Assembly: GCA_964344605.1 (NCBI GenBank)
Contig: CAYFNR010000002.1
Span: 2,140-66,139, forward strand
DNA: 64,000 nucleotides
DNA from: Candidatus Woesearchaeota archaeon
GTDB taxonomy: Archaea; Nanobdellota; Nanobdellia; UBA10117; ARS21
Direction of reading: 5' to 3'
Positions 55,371 to 63,055 of this stretch are shown here, one piece after another; the first letter of the stretch is position 1, and every line of letters starts with the position of its first letter. Below the pieces are notes generated by a model that searched no databases, was not told where the DNA came from, and saw only the letters and a program-made list of their open reading frames with translations. The translations under genes were made by a program, and so were the position numbers.

Positions 55371-55910
55371 ATGGACAAAACTGTAGTTTCTGGCGAAGGT
55401 TCAAATAATCCAAAAGTTGTTTTTGTTGGAGAAGCCCCCGGACGCAACGAGGAAGTCCAAGGTAGGCCTTTTGTTGGACGGGCAGGACAAGTTCTTAGAA
55501 GCACAATCAAAGAGATTGAATTGGAAGAAAAGGATTATTATATTACAAATTTGGTTAAAATCAGACCTCCGGGCAATCGTGATCCCACTTTAGATGAAGT
55601 TAAAGAGTGGTTTCCTAAACTTAAGTCGGAGCTTGTAAGACTTAACCCCAAAATAATATGTTCTTTGGGAGCCCATTCAACTAAGTATTTAATATCTAAT
55701 GGGAATTTTGAAAATATTGATGGCGAGAGTATATCCAAGCACCGTGGAAATTTTAAAGAAATAAAATTAGGAAGTAAAAATTATATTTTGTTCCCAACAT
55801 ACCATCCAGCAGCAACAATATACAGGAAAGAGTTGAAGAGTATATTCGTTGAAGATTTAAAGAAACTCAAAAACTCATTGTCTGCAGATACAACTTTGGA
55901 CCAGTCCTAA
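55371..55910 (+). CDS. udg: uracil-DNA glycosylase, family 4
   Basis: GEAPG-x-x-E motif (GEAPGRNEE), FVGRAGQ-L motif, C-terminal HP-A/S motif (HPAAT); 179 aa. Confidence 0.85.
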   Translation: MDKTVVSGEGSNNPKVVFVGEAPGRNEEVQGRPFVGRAGQVLRSTIKEIELEEKDYYITNLVKIRPPGNRDPTLDEVKEWFPKLKSELVRLNPKIICSLGAHSTKYLISNGNFENIDGESISKHRGNFKEIKLGSKNYILFPTYHPAATIYRKELKSIFVEDLKKLKNSLSADTTLDQS

Positions 55911-56755
55911 CCAATATAGCTTGGATCTGCTACTTCCCCACTACCACCAAGACGCTTCAGACTTTTGAATAAGGCAGGTTCTCCTTCCTCTTCTTCGCCC
56001 CCTTCTTCTTGCTTCTTTTCTGCTTTGATTATCTCTTTATCTAACGCCTTTAAATCCATGTCTAGAGAAAATATGTTGTTAATATTTTTAATCAGCTCTT
56101 TCGCTTCTCTTAGTCCCAAATGGTATCTGTGTCCAATAGTTTCGACAAGTAGAGATACTCCTTTCCATCCTCTCAAGCTTGCTAGACCAATAAGTAATCC
56201 AGCAGCCCCAACAATTGTTGCGGCTTTGCTTTTGTTAAAAATAATTTTACCATCAAGCTCTTGATATTTTTTAATCATATCTTCTTCCGTCACAGCCCCA
56301 AAAACTTTCGGATTTTTTGGGCCAGCGTGCAACCCTATACCGCCAAGAGTGATGACTTCTTTACATCCAAACTCTTTTACAAGATCGAGTATTTTGTTGC
56401 AGAACTTGTAGCTTGATTCCTCATCTATTGGTTGTACATCTCCAGACAGCAAGAGTATATCTCGTCCACTTTTGGATTTGTAAGCATAAAGGCAAACTAT
56501 TGGCAGTTCAACTACATTTTTATCGTTTATGAAGACTGAATTTGGGAAAAGATGAGAATGTATTTCATAAAGTAGTTGCGGCTTAATCTCATCTATCATG
56601 AAATCCACAGAAAGCTTTCCAACATTTCCTATGCCGGGAAGACCCTCAATAAGAACGGGGTCGTTTAGGTCTATTTTACCTGTGAAACACTTCTTTATTA
56701 TCCACTCTGATCCATGACCTTCAATTATTTTACCTTTTCCGTTAGTTTCAGACAT
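55907..56755 (-). CDS. PAC2-family (proteasome assembly chaperone-like, COG1938) protein
   Basis: LIEGLPGIGNVG motif characteristic of PAC2 family; acidic C-terminal tail; conserved position after aIF2 alpha. Confidence 0.6.
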   Translation of the reverse strand: MSETNGKGKIIEGHGSEWIIKKCFTGKIDLNDPVLIEGLPGIGNVGKLSVDFMIDEIKPQLLYEIHSHLFPNSVFINDKNVVELPIVCLYAYKSKSGRDILLLSGDVQPIDEESSYKFCNKILDLVKEFGCKEVITLGGIGLHAGPKNPKVFGAVTEEDMIKKYQELDGKIIFNKSKAATIVGAAGLLIGLASLRGWKGVSLLVETIGHRYHLGLREAKELIKNINNIFSLDMDLKALDKEIIKAEKKQEEGGEEEEGEPALFKSLKRLGGSGEVADPSYIG

Positions 56756-57547
56756 CTAAGCCACCACCTTTTGAAATCTCAGTGAACCTTTATTCTTTTC
56801 AATATATTTCCCAGCTTCTTTTAATGCCTCATTTAAATCGCTTTCTCCTCTCTTGAGGTTAGTTGATTCAAAGACAATTTGATATTTTGGAGCACCCAAG
56901 TATTTAATCTCAACTTCAGCATCAGCTTTCTTAACAACTGATTGAAGCATTTGTAGAGTTTTTTTAACAACTTCAAGACCGTTGGAATCCTGAGATTGAA
57001 GGTTCAAAATACCTCTGACTCGCGCTTTCTTCAATTTGATTCTTGCTTTTACTGCATCAACCAGTTGCGAGGAAAGTTTTTTGTCTAAATTGAGTTCTTT
57101 GATTATACTATCATTTATTACAATCTGCTCCAAGAAAGGATATATTGAACCATATTTGTCCAATATTGGATCTCCGATTTTTTTGAAAATAATCTCGTAT
57201 TTGACTTTGGAGGATTTAGATAAAGTAATTAGAAAGTCATTTGCTCGTTTCTCTTTACTCCAATTATCTTGTTTAGTTTTTGCTTGTGAAGCTCCAACTC
57301 TTCGTGTTGAAAGATTGATGTATCCTGAATTTTTATCAACGTCCAAAACTTTACAGACTGTTTTTCTGCCAGGTTTTAGAAAAGTTCTGATGTTTCGTGC
57401 CCATTTTCTGTTCATTTCAGAAGAGGTTACAGTTCCATCTATGTTTTGGAACTCATCTAACTCAAATTTCGCTGCGTGCTGCGAGACGTTTTTAACTGTA
57501 CAAATGACAAAATCATCAACTTCTGGGAAACCTTTCTTTTTATACAT
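56756..57547 (-). CDS. eif2a: translation initiation factor aIF2 alpha subunit
   Basis: N-terminal S1 domain (VICTVKNVSQHAAKFELDEF..GTVTSSEM), helical and C-terminal alpha-beta domains, 263 aa. Confidence 0.85.
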   Translation of the reverse strand: MYKKKGFPEVDDFVICTVKNVSQHAAKFELDEFQNIDGTVTSSEMNRKWARNIRTFLKPGRKTVCKVLDVDKNSGYINLSTRRVGASQAKTKQDNWSKEKRANDFLITLSKSSKVKYEIIFKKIGDPILDKYGSIYPFLEQIVINDSIIKELNLDKKLSSQLVDAVKARIKLKKARVRGILNLQSQDSNGLEVVKKTLQMLQSVVKKADAEVEIKYLGAPKYQIVFESTNLKRGESDLNEALKEAGKYIEKNKGSLRFQKVVA

Positions 57548-57723
57548 TAACCAAGGACCTCCAAGATCTTACCTTTAATCTTGATTTTTCCACCAGTTGG
57601 TTCAGCAACAACTTTACTACATACAAGGCATTTTATTGCTGTTGAAGATTTTCCAAAAATTATTTGCTCGTTTTTGCATCCTTCACACTTAACTTTGACA
57701 AATTTTGATTTTGGATTTTCCAT
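57547..57723 (-). CDS. rps27e: ribosomal protein S27e
   Basis: Hand-translated 58 aa MENPKSKFVKVKCEGCKNEQIIFGKSSTAIKCLVCSKVVAEPTGGK.. with C4 zinc finger; TAATG stop/start overlap with eif2a; missed by ORF track. Confidence 0.7.
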   Translation of the reverse strand: MENPKSKFVKVKCEGCKNEQIIFGKSSTAIKCLVCSKVVAEPTGGKIKIKGKILEVLG

Positions 57724-57724
57724 T

Positions 57725-58015
57725 TTATACTTGAGTTACTTTCTTTAGTCTGCCGTAACTTTTGACAGTAGATTTTTTACATGTGCTGCAAGTGAAAAGC
57801 AAAGTTGGGTGTGTGCTGGTTTTATATTTGTCTCCGGCTTTGGGTCTTGGAGAACCCCCATAACCTTTAGATATGCGAAACATCTGCCGAACTCCGTGCT
57901 TCAACCCGCCTTTTTTAGTTTTAGGCCTGGATTTGGTCTTCACTTGTTTGATTTGCTGGAGTGTGTGTTTCTTGCACTTCTGGCAATATGTCTTCGCTTG
58001 TTTTGGAAATTTCAT
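57725..58015 (-). CDS. rpl44e: ribosomal protein L44e
   Basis: MKFPKQAKTYCQKCKKHT.. C4 zinc ribbon (CQKC..CSTC), 96 aa. Confidence 0.8.
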   Translation of the reverse strand: MKFPKQAKTYCQKCKKHTLQQIKQVKTKSRPKTKKGGLKHGVRQMFRISKGYGGSPRPKAGDKYKTSTHPTLLFTCSTCKKSTVKSYGRLKKVTQV

Positions 58016-58685
58016 CTTTTTCTTCGTTGCTATCCTCTGATTTTACTAATTCGACTTTATTTTTGCTCATTAAAAGGTTTGCGATTCCTTCCGGAAGCTC
58101 TGCTTCCTCACTGACGGAATATGGACCATAGCTTTTTAAGTCTTCGGCTACGAAGGACTCGACTCCTTCCAAGAATCTGACTTTTACTGTCTTAATTGGT
58201 TCAGCAACGTCATCTGGTTCCAAACTCTCAACTGGTGTTGGTTCTTCTTCCTCAATTTTTGGGTCGGCGATGGAATCTTGCCCAGGTTCCAAAAGTTTGA
58301 AAAATGCGTCTCGATTTTGAGGTATTATTTGTGTTAACAGATTATAAAATTCTATTTCGTGAGTAAGCATATTTGTAGTGTCTTTAACCAAAGTTCCCCC
58401 ACGAACACTGAAAACTGCTCTGCTTATTATCTTCTTTTCACGAAATTCATATAAATCTTTGAGTGCTCTTAAGGCATTATCTATCTCTATTTGAATAACT
58501 ACTCTCTTTTGGGAGCTAAAAATCTGTGTAGACTCTTCCTGCTTGTCTAGAAGTCTTTGCTTATCTTGTAGGTATTTGCTTATCTTGCTTAAATCTTCGT
58601 TGCTTATACTCTGAAGCTCTGAGTTGAATTTTTCAGAGTGCAGCATATCATAAATATTGTCATATGTGAAGACTTCATCTGTCAT
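57921..58685 (-). CDS. GINS subunit Gins15 (Gins51)-like protein with acidic C-terminal tail
   Basis: Helical A-domain followed by B-domain motif VKVRFLEGVESFVAEDLKSYGPYSVSEEAELPEGIANLLMSKNKVELV; adjacent to primase gene as in many archaea; 3' 95 nt overlap rpl44e in another frame. Confidence 0.5.
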   Translation of the reverse strand: MTDEVFTYDNIYDMLHSEKFNSELQSISNEDLSKISKYLQDKQRLLDKQEESTQIFSSQKRVVIQIEIDNALRALKDLYEFREKKIISRAVFSVRGGTLVKDTTNMLTHEIEFYNLLTQIIPQNRDAFFKLLEPGQDSIADPKIEEEEPTPVESLEPDDVAEPIKTVKVRFLEGVESFVAEDLKSYGPYSVSEEAELPEGIANLLMSKNKVELVKSEDSNEEKDEISKTSEDILPEVQETHTPANQTSEDQIQA

Positions 58686-58741
58686 AAATCTTATCTGTAT
58701 AATCTGTTTTAAGTATATTTATAGAATTTAAGATATAGCTT

Positions 58742-59995
58742 CTACTGCTTACTTCTAACTTTCCTTACTGCATAAGAAACAGGATTCTTATGGTCTTTAC
58801 AAGTTCCTCCAGATAGTCCGATGCTATAATAGAAGTCTCCGCAATTTGGTGGCGGGAACTTCTTATGTTGGCGTCTTTGCCAACTTAATTGGCTTCTTAC
58901 ATATCCTTCTTTAAGTGGTGGAGAATTTGTTGAGTTCCACTCTCTGACTTTTTCCTCTATTTCATCCATGGACCAGTTCATCATCCTCAAAAAGTTGATC
59001 AGAGCAAATAGGGCTCGTTTTCTTCCGTCGGGCATCCCTCCTTTTAGTATGAAATTAATACATGGCGGAAAGAACTTCTCTGATATTCTGCCCTCGATCT
59101 CCTCATACTCTTTTTTGCCAGTCTTCTCTGGACCGGTTTCGCTCCAATCCAATGACTGGATTAGTAATTGACGTCCATCATCGTCACCGATTAAATCTGA
59201 ATTAAAGAATATGTCTTTTACATCTTTTATTTTGCTTACATGCGCATCCTCTTTTTTAAATTTCAGAATTTTATCTGGCTTAATGGGTAAAGAAACAAGC
59301 CAGGTCTTTTCATGTAAACTGTATGGTGCACGTATCAAATGTCTTACAGAACTTAGCTGAATATCGACTCCACTAAGTGCAGAAAAATCAACTTCTGAGT
59401 TTTTGGAGTTCTCTTTTCCAAGTGTCTTTAATATGTTTTTAACGTCACCTTCATATCTTAACACTCTTTCTTTTATTTGCTCCTGCGTAAAATCCTTTAG
59501 ATAAGATATAATTGCTGCTGCTGCAACAGGGAACAGATCTTTGAAATCTTTTTTACCGACTTTAGATGGAAAAACTTCTCCAAGCACACCTATATGCCAT
59601 CCTCTATTCCCAGAAAATTTGACACTAGGATTTTTTATTCCGTGGAACTTGAGGGCCTCAACTATGACATCTGCGGCAATCCGTGAGTAATCAAATATAG
59701 GACAGTCGATGTCTATAACTAAGTCCCAATTATTTCGGAGGTCAGTAATCTCTCTATCAGTAATATCTGACTTCAAACTCATCGGGTTGCTCCACCTTTC
59801 TTCAGATATGTGGAAAGAGGTCGCACCTTGTCTTGCAAGAGATTTTACATCAGTAGGAAATTGAAGTATTGCCGGTCTTTTACCATATCCCCCTTGCCTA
59901 TATATATGGGCCACCTCTCTGTCTTGCCCAACTCTAACTAATTCTGTGGCGACATCTCGTCTAGAATACCAAGTAATTACTTCAGACTGCCTCAT
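58742..59995 (-). CDS. priS: DNA primase: catalytic small subunit PriS fused to PriL-like C-terminal Fe-S domain
   Basis: Catalytic motifs LVIDIDCP (DxD) and FSGNRGWHI; C-terminal region with FPPCINFIL (PriL PPC motif) and additional Cys (NCGD..TCKDH); 417 aa. Confidence 0.75.
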   Translation of the reverse strand: MRQSEVITWYSRRDVATELVRVGQDREVAHIYRQGGYGKRPAILQFPTDVKSLARQGATSFHISEERWSNPMSLKSDITDREITDLRNNWDLVIDIDCPIFDYSRIAADVIVEALKFHGIKNPSVKFSGNRGWHIGVLGEVFPSKVGKKDFKDLFPVAAAAIISYLKDFTQEQIKERVLRYEGDVKNILKTLGKENSKNSEVDFSALSGVDIQLSSVRHLIRAPYSLHEKTWLVSLPIKPDKILKFKKEDAHVSKIKDVKDIFFNSDLIGDDDGRQLLIQSLDWSETGPEKTGKKEYEEIEGRISEKFFPPCINFILKGGMPDGRKRALFALINFLRMMNWSMDEIEEKVREWNSTNSPPLKEGYVRSQLSWQRRQHKKFPPPNCGDFYYSIGLSGGTCKDHKNPVSYAVRKVRSKQ

Positions 59996-60027
59996 ACTTG
60001 GCCTATATTGCTAAAAGTTATAAGGGT

Positions 60028-61752
60028 TTATTTGATGTTCCAGTACTTTCTGAGCTGAGTCAAGGTCATGGTGTTGATAATGTCTTTTTTTTCAGCCCAC
60101 CCTCTTCTGGCTTGGGATACTCCAAAACGCATTTGATTAAGCTGTTCTGCTGTATGTGCGTCTGTCCCAAGTGTAAGTTTTACTCCACGTTCCACAGCTT
60201 TTTTAATGTGTACATCTTTTAAATCTAGCCTGTGCATGGATGAGTTTATTTCCAAGGCTGTCTTTGTATCTTTTGCCAGTTGACATAAATAATCTATATC
60301 TACAGCATAAGGTTTGCGTTCGTGTATAATTCTTCCAGTTGGATGCCCAAGAATTTTTACATGTTTGTTTTCCAAAGCAGATTCAATTCTTTTCATTATC
60401 TTGCTTTGGGACTGCTTGAAACCAGAGTGTATGGAAACCAAAACGATGTCTAGTTTTTTTAGAAGTTCGTCATGATAATCAAGTGACCCATTGGCAAGTA
60501 TGTCAACTTCAGCACTTTTGAATATTTTAATTCCACTGACTTTTTTATTTACTTTACTGATTTCTTTTATCTGTTTAAGAATGCGTTTTTCGTCCATTCC
60601 ATTTGCAATCCTTGTTGATTTTGAGTGGTCCGTAATTGATATATATTTGTACCTAAGTTTTTTTGCAGCCAGAGCCATACCTTCTATTGTGTTTCTTCCA
60701 TCGCTCCATTTTGTGTGCATTTGAAAATCTCCTTTAATATCTTTGAGATTCACAAGTTTAGGCAATTTACCTTTTAGAGCAGCTTCAATTTCTCCAGAGT
60801 TAGTACGTATTTCTGGAGGTATGTACGGCATCCCGAGCCTTTTGTATATATCTTCTTCTGTCCTCGCTGCAACTAATCTGTTTGTTTTTCTATTGACTAA
60901 ACCATATTCTGAGAGTTTGTATCCTTTTTTAATTGCAATTTTTCTAGTTTCTACATTGTGTATTTTGTCCCCCGTAAAATATTGCAGGGCCGCTCCAAAA
61001 CTTTTATCTTCCAAAACTCTTAGATCACATTGTATTCCATTTTTTAGAACTATTGCACTTTTTGTTGGACCTTTTACTAGAACTTTTCTGACTTCTGGCA
61101 TTGAAGTAAAGGCAGCCACAACTTTCTCAGCGTTATTAGAAGTTGCAAGAATGTCTATGTCTCCAATGGTTTCTTTCCATCTTCGGATAGATCCTGCAAT
61201 CTCAACTCTCTTAACTCCTGGAACTTTTTTTAGACGCTCTGCTATCTCTTCGGCGACCGGTCTTACATGGCCAACAAGAGTGCGTTTCCCAGCCAAATGA
61301 AACATCCCTATCCCAGATAGGATTTCCTGCTCGGACTTTGGTCCGAAACCTGGGAGCTTTTGGACCTTGCCCGCTTTTGCCGCGCGTTCTAAACTACGAA
61401 TGTTCTTTATTTTTAATTTATTATACAGCACCTTGACTTTCTTAGGACCCAAAGATTGTATTCTTATCATATCCATTAGGCCCGAAGGTATCTTCTTTTT
61501 CAGAACTTCGTAGTCTTTAATCTTTCCAGTTTCTAGAAATTCAATTATTTTTAAGGCTGTAGATTGGCCCACACCAGAAATTTTGCGTATGCCGACTATC
61601 CCTTGATCCCTGTATATATCTCCAACATCCTCTGGCAGAGCCTCAATTGCTCGAGCAGCGGTTTGGAGCGCTCTGGGCTTCCACTGAACATCAAGTATCT
61701 CCAATATGTCGGCCATTTCATAAAATATGGCTGCAATAACTTGGTTATTCAT
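60028..61752 (-). CDS. polX: family X DNA polymerase (Pol beta-like) with C-terminal PHP domain
   Basis: N-terminal HhH lyase domain, nucleotidyltransferase GS/DID motif (GSIRRWKETIGDIDIL), PHP domain HMHTKWSDG..ITDH. Confidence 0.85.
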   Translation of the reverse strand: MNNQVIAAIFYEMADILEILDVQWKPRALQTAARAIEALPEDVGDIYRDQGIVGIRKISGVGQSTALKIIEFLETGKIKDYEVLKKKIPSGLMDMIRIQSLGPKKVKVLYNKLKIKNIRSLERAAKAGKVQKLPGFGPKSEQEILSGIGMFHLAGKRTLVGHVRPVAEEIAERLKKVPGVKRVEIAGSIRRWKETIGDIDILATSNNAEKVVAAFTSMPEVRKVLVKGPTKSAIVLKNGIQCDLRVLEDKSFGAALQYFTGDKIHNVETRKIAIKKGYKLSEYGLVNRKTNRLVAARTEEDIYKRLGMPYIPPEIRTNSGEIEAALKGKLPKLVNLKDIKGDFQMHTKWSDGRNTIEGMALAAKKLRYKYISITDHSKSTRIANGMDEKRILKQIKEISKVNKKVSGIKIFKSAEVDILANGSLDYHDELLKKLDIVLVSIHSGFKQSQSKIMKRIESALENKHVKILGHPTGRIIHERKPYAVDIDYLCQLAKDTKTALEINSSMHRLDLKDVHIKKAVERGVKLTLGTDAHTAEQLNQMRFGVSQARRGWAEKKDIINTMTLTQLRKYWNIK

Positions 61753-61834
61753 GGTAAAAATATAATGGTCTGCTTAATTAAGTTTTTGTTGAGTTTGTCG
61801 AAAGCAATTTAAGTTTACCTTACTAAATTTAGAC

Positions 61835-62809
61835 ATGGGACAGGAGCAAACTGAAGATATTGCTGGTACTAATGCTAGACGTATACGCTCGAGAGACATA
61901 CCTATTGATGAGTGGGAAGTTGAAAGAAGTAGTATAGAATTTGTTAGGCAGAGGTACAGGACGAAAGATGCTGTTTTTAAATTACAAGGTGAGACAGAAG
62001 CATTCGCGTTGAGATTATACTCTCCACAAAAAGAACTAGATGCAGTTCTTTATGAGCATAAAGTTATGGAGGAATATAATAATATAATACCTTTAGCGAA
62101 ACCTATTCTTACAAAGACTGGTGAGACTCTTGCTGAAGACAATAGGGGAAGGTACTGGTCGTTATCTCCTTGGATAAAAGGAGTGCACCCTGAAAATGAA
62201 GATAGGGAAGTAATTGGACGTTGTGCTAGCATACTAGCTAGAATTCATAAAGGACCAGTGATAACACCACCCGAAGGTTACGTAACTAGTGTTGCTGGAG
62301 AAATAGGGAAAGCTTGTCCTGGAATGGGTTTAGAACAAGCACTTAATGTACTAAACTCCTATATTAAACCTAGACACACACATTTACTAGATAAATTTAC
62401 TTCTTCAGATTTCACTTTGGACGAGCCAACCGTTCAGATACATGGGGACTTTCAAAATATGAATATTATATTTGGCAAGCGGACGGAAACGGTAATTGAT
62501 TGGGAACGTTCACGTCCCGGAGAAGCCAGTTATGACGTCGCGTGGGGAGCTTTCCATATAAGCAAACTTCCTAAATACCGCAATCTATTCATTGAAACAT
62601 ATGCCGAAGAGATGGACATCTCAGTTGATGACTTACGTTATTCTACCCAAGAATCCATAAAAGCAAGATTGATTAGAAGCATATTGAATAAAGCTGATCA
62701 CTTAAACTGTAATCCTAAGAACCAAAACGCTATTAACCATATTTTGAGATATGTAGCCAAGTTAGAAAATTTGGAAGATGGAAAGGAGATTTGGGTACAA
62801 GATTTTTAG
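61835..62809 (+). CDS. protein-kinase-like fold phosphotransferase (APH/CotS/choline-kinase family)
   Basis: Catalytic HGD motif (IHGDFQNMNII) and D-x-E metal site (IDWERS), 324 aa. Confidence 0.55.
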   Translation: MGQEQTEDIAGTNARRIRSRDIPIDEWEVERSSIEFVRQRYRTKDAVFKLQGETEAFALRLYSPQKELDAVLYEHKVMEEYNNIIPLAKPILTKTGETLAEDNRGRYWSLSPWIKGVHPENEDREVIGRCASILARIHKGPVITPPEGYVTSVAGEIGKACPGMGLEQALNVLNSYIKPRHTHLLDKFTSSDFTLDEPTVQIHGDFQNMNIIFGKRTETVIDWERSRPGEASYDVAWGAFHISKLPKYRNLFIETYAEEMDISVDDLRYSTQESIKARLIRSILNKADHLNCNPKNQNAINHILRYVAKLENLEDGKEIWVQDF

Positions 62810-62943
62810 CGCAACATTTAAAAACTCTACATTACGAGGCTAAGTATGGCAAGACAAGGTGATTATCCCCATCTATAGAATAGATATGTCTAGCCAGTTC
62901 TCTCGTGATTTAGGTGGTTATCCCCATAACGAGAGTTAAATGT

Positions 62944-63019
62944 GGCGAGGGTGGGGTAGTTTGGTTTATCCTCTCCGACTGTGGCTCGGAGGACCCGAGT
63001 TCAAATCTCGGCTCTCGCC
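62944..63019 (+). tRNA. tRNA-His (anticodon GTG) with genomically encoded G-1
   Basis: G-1 then acceptor GCGAGGG/CTCTCGC, anticodon stem TCCGA/TCGGA loop CTGTGGC, T-arm CCGAG-TTCAAAT-CTCGG, discriminator C (His identity). Confidence 0.65.
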
Positions 63020-63055
63020 CTTTATTTTCAGTATACTTTTATAGGAGGTTGAACT

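Noticed and set aside
57921-58685. Calling the Gins15-like ORF a fusion with L44e
   Set aside because: The overlap is in different frames, so it is not a fusion. It is reported as an overlap or possible late-stop issue instead.
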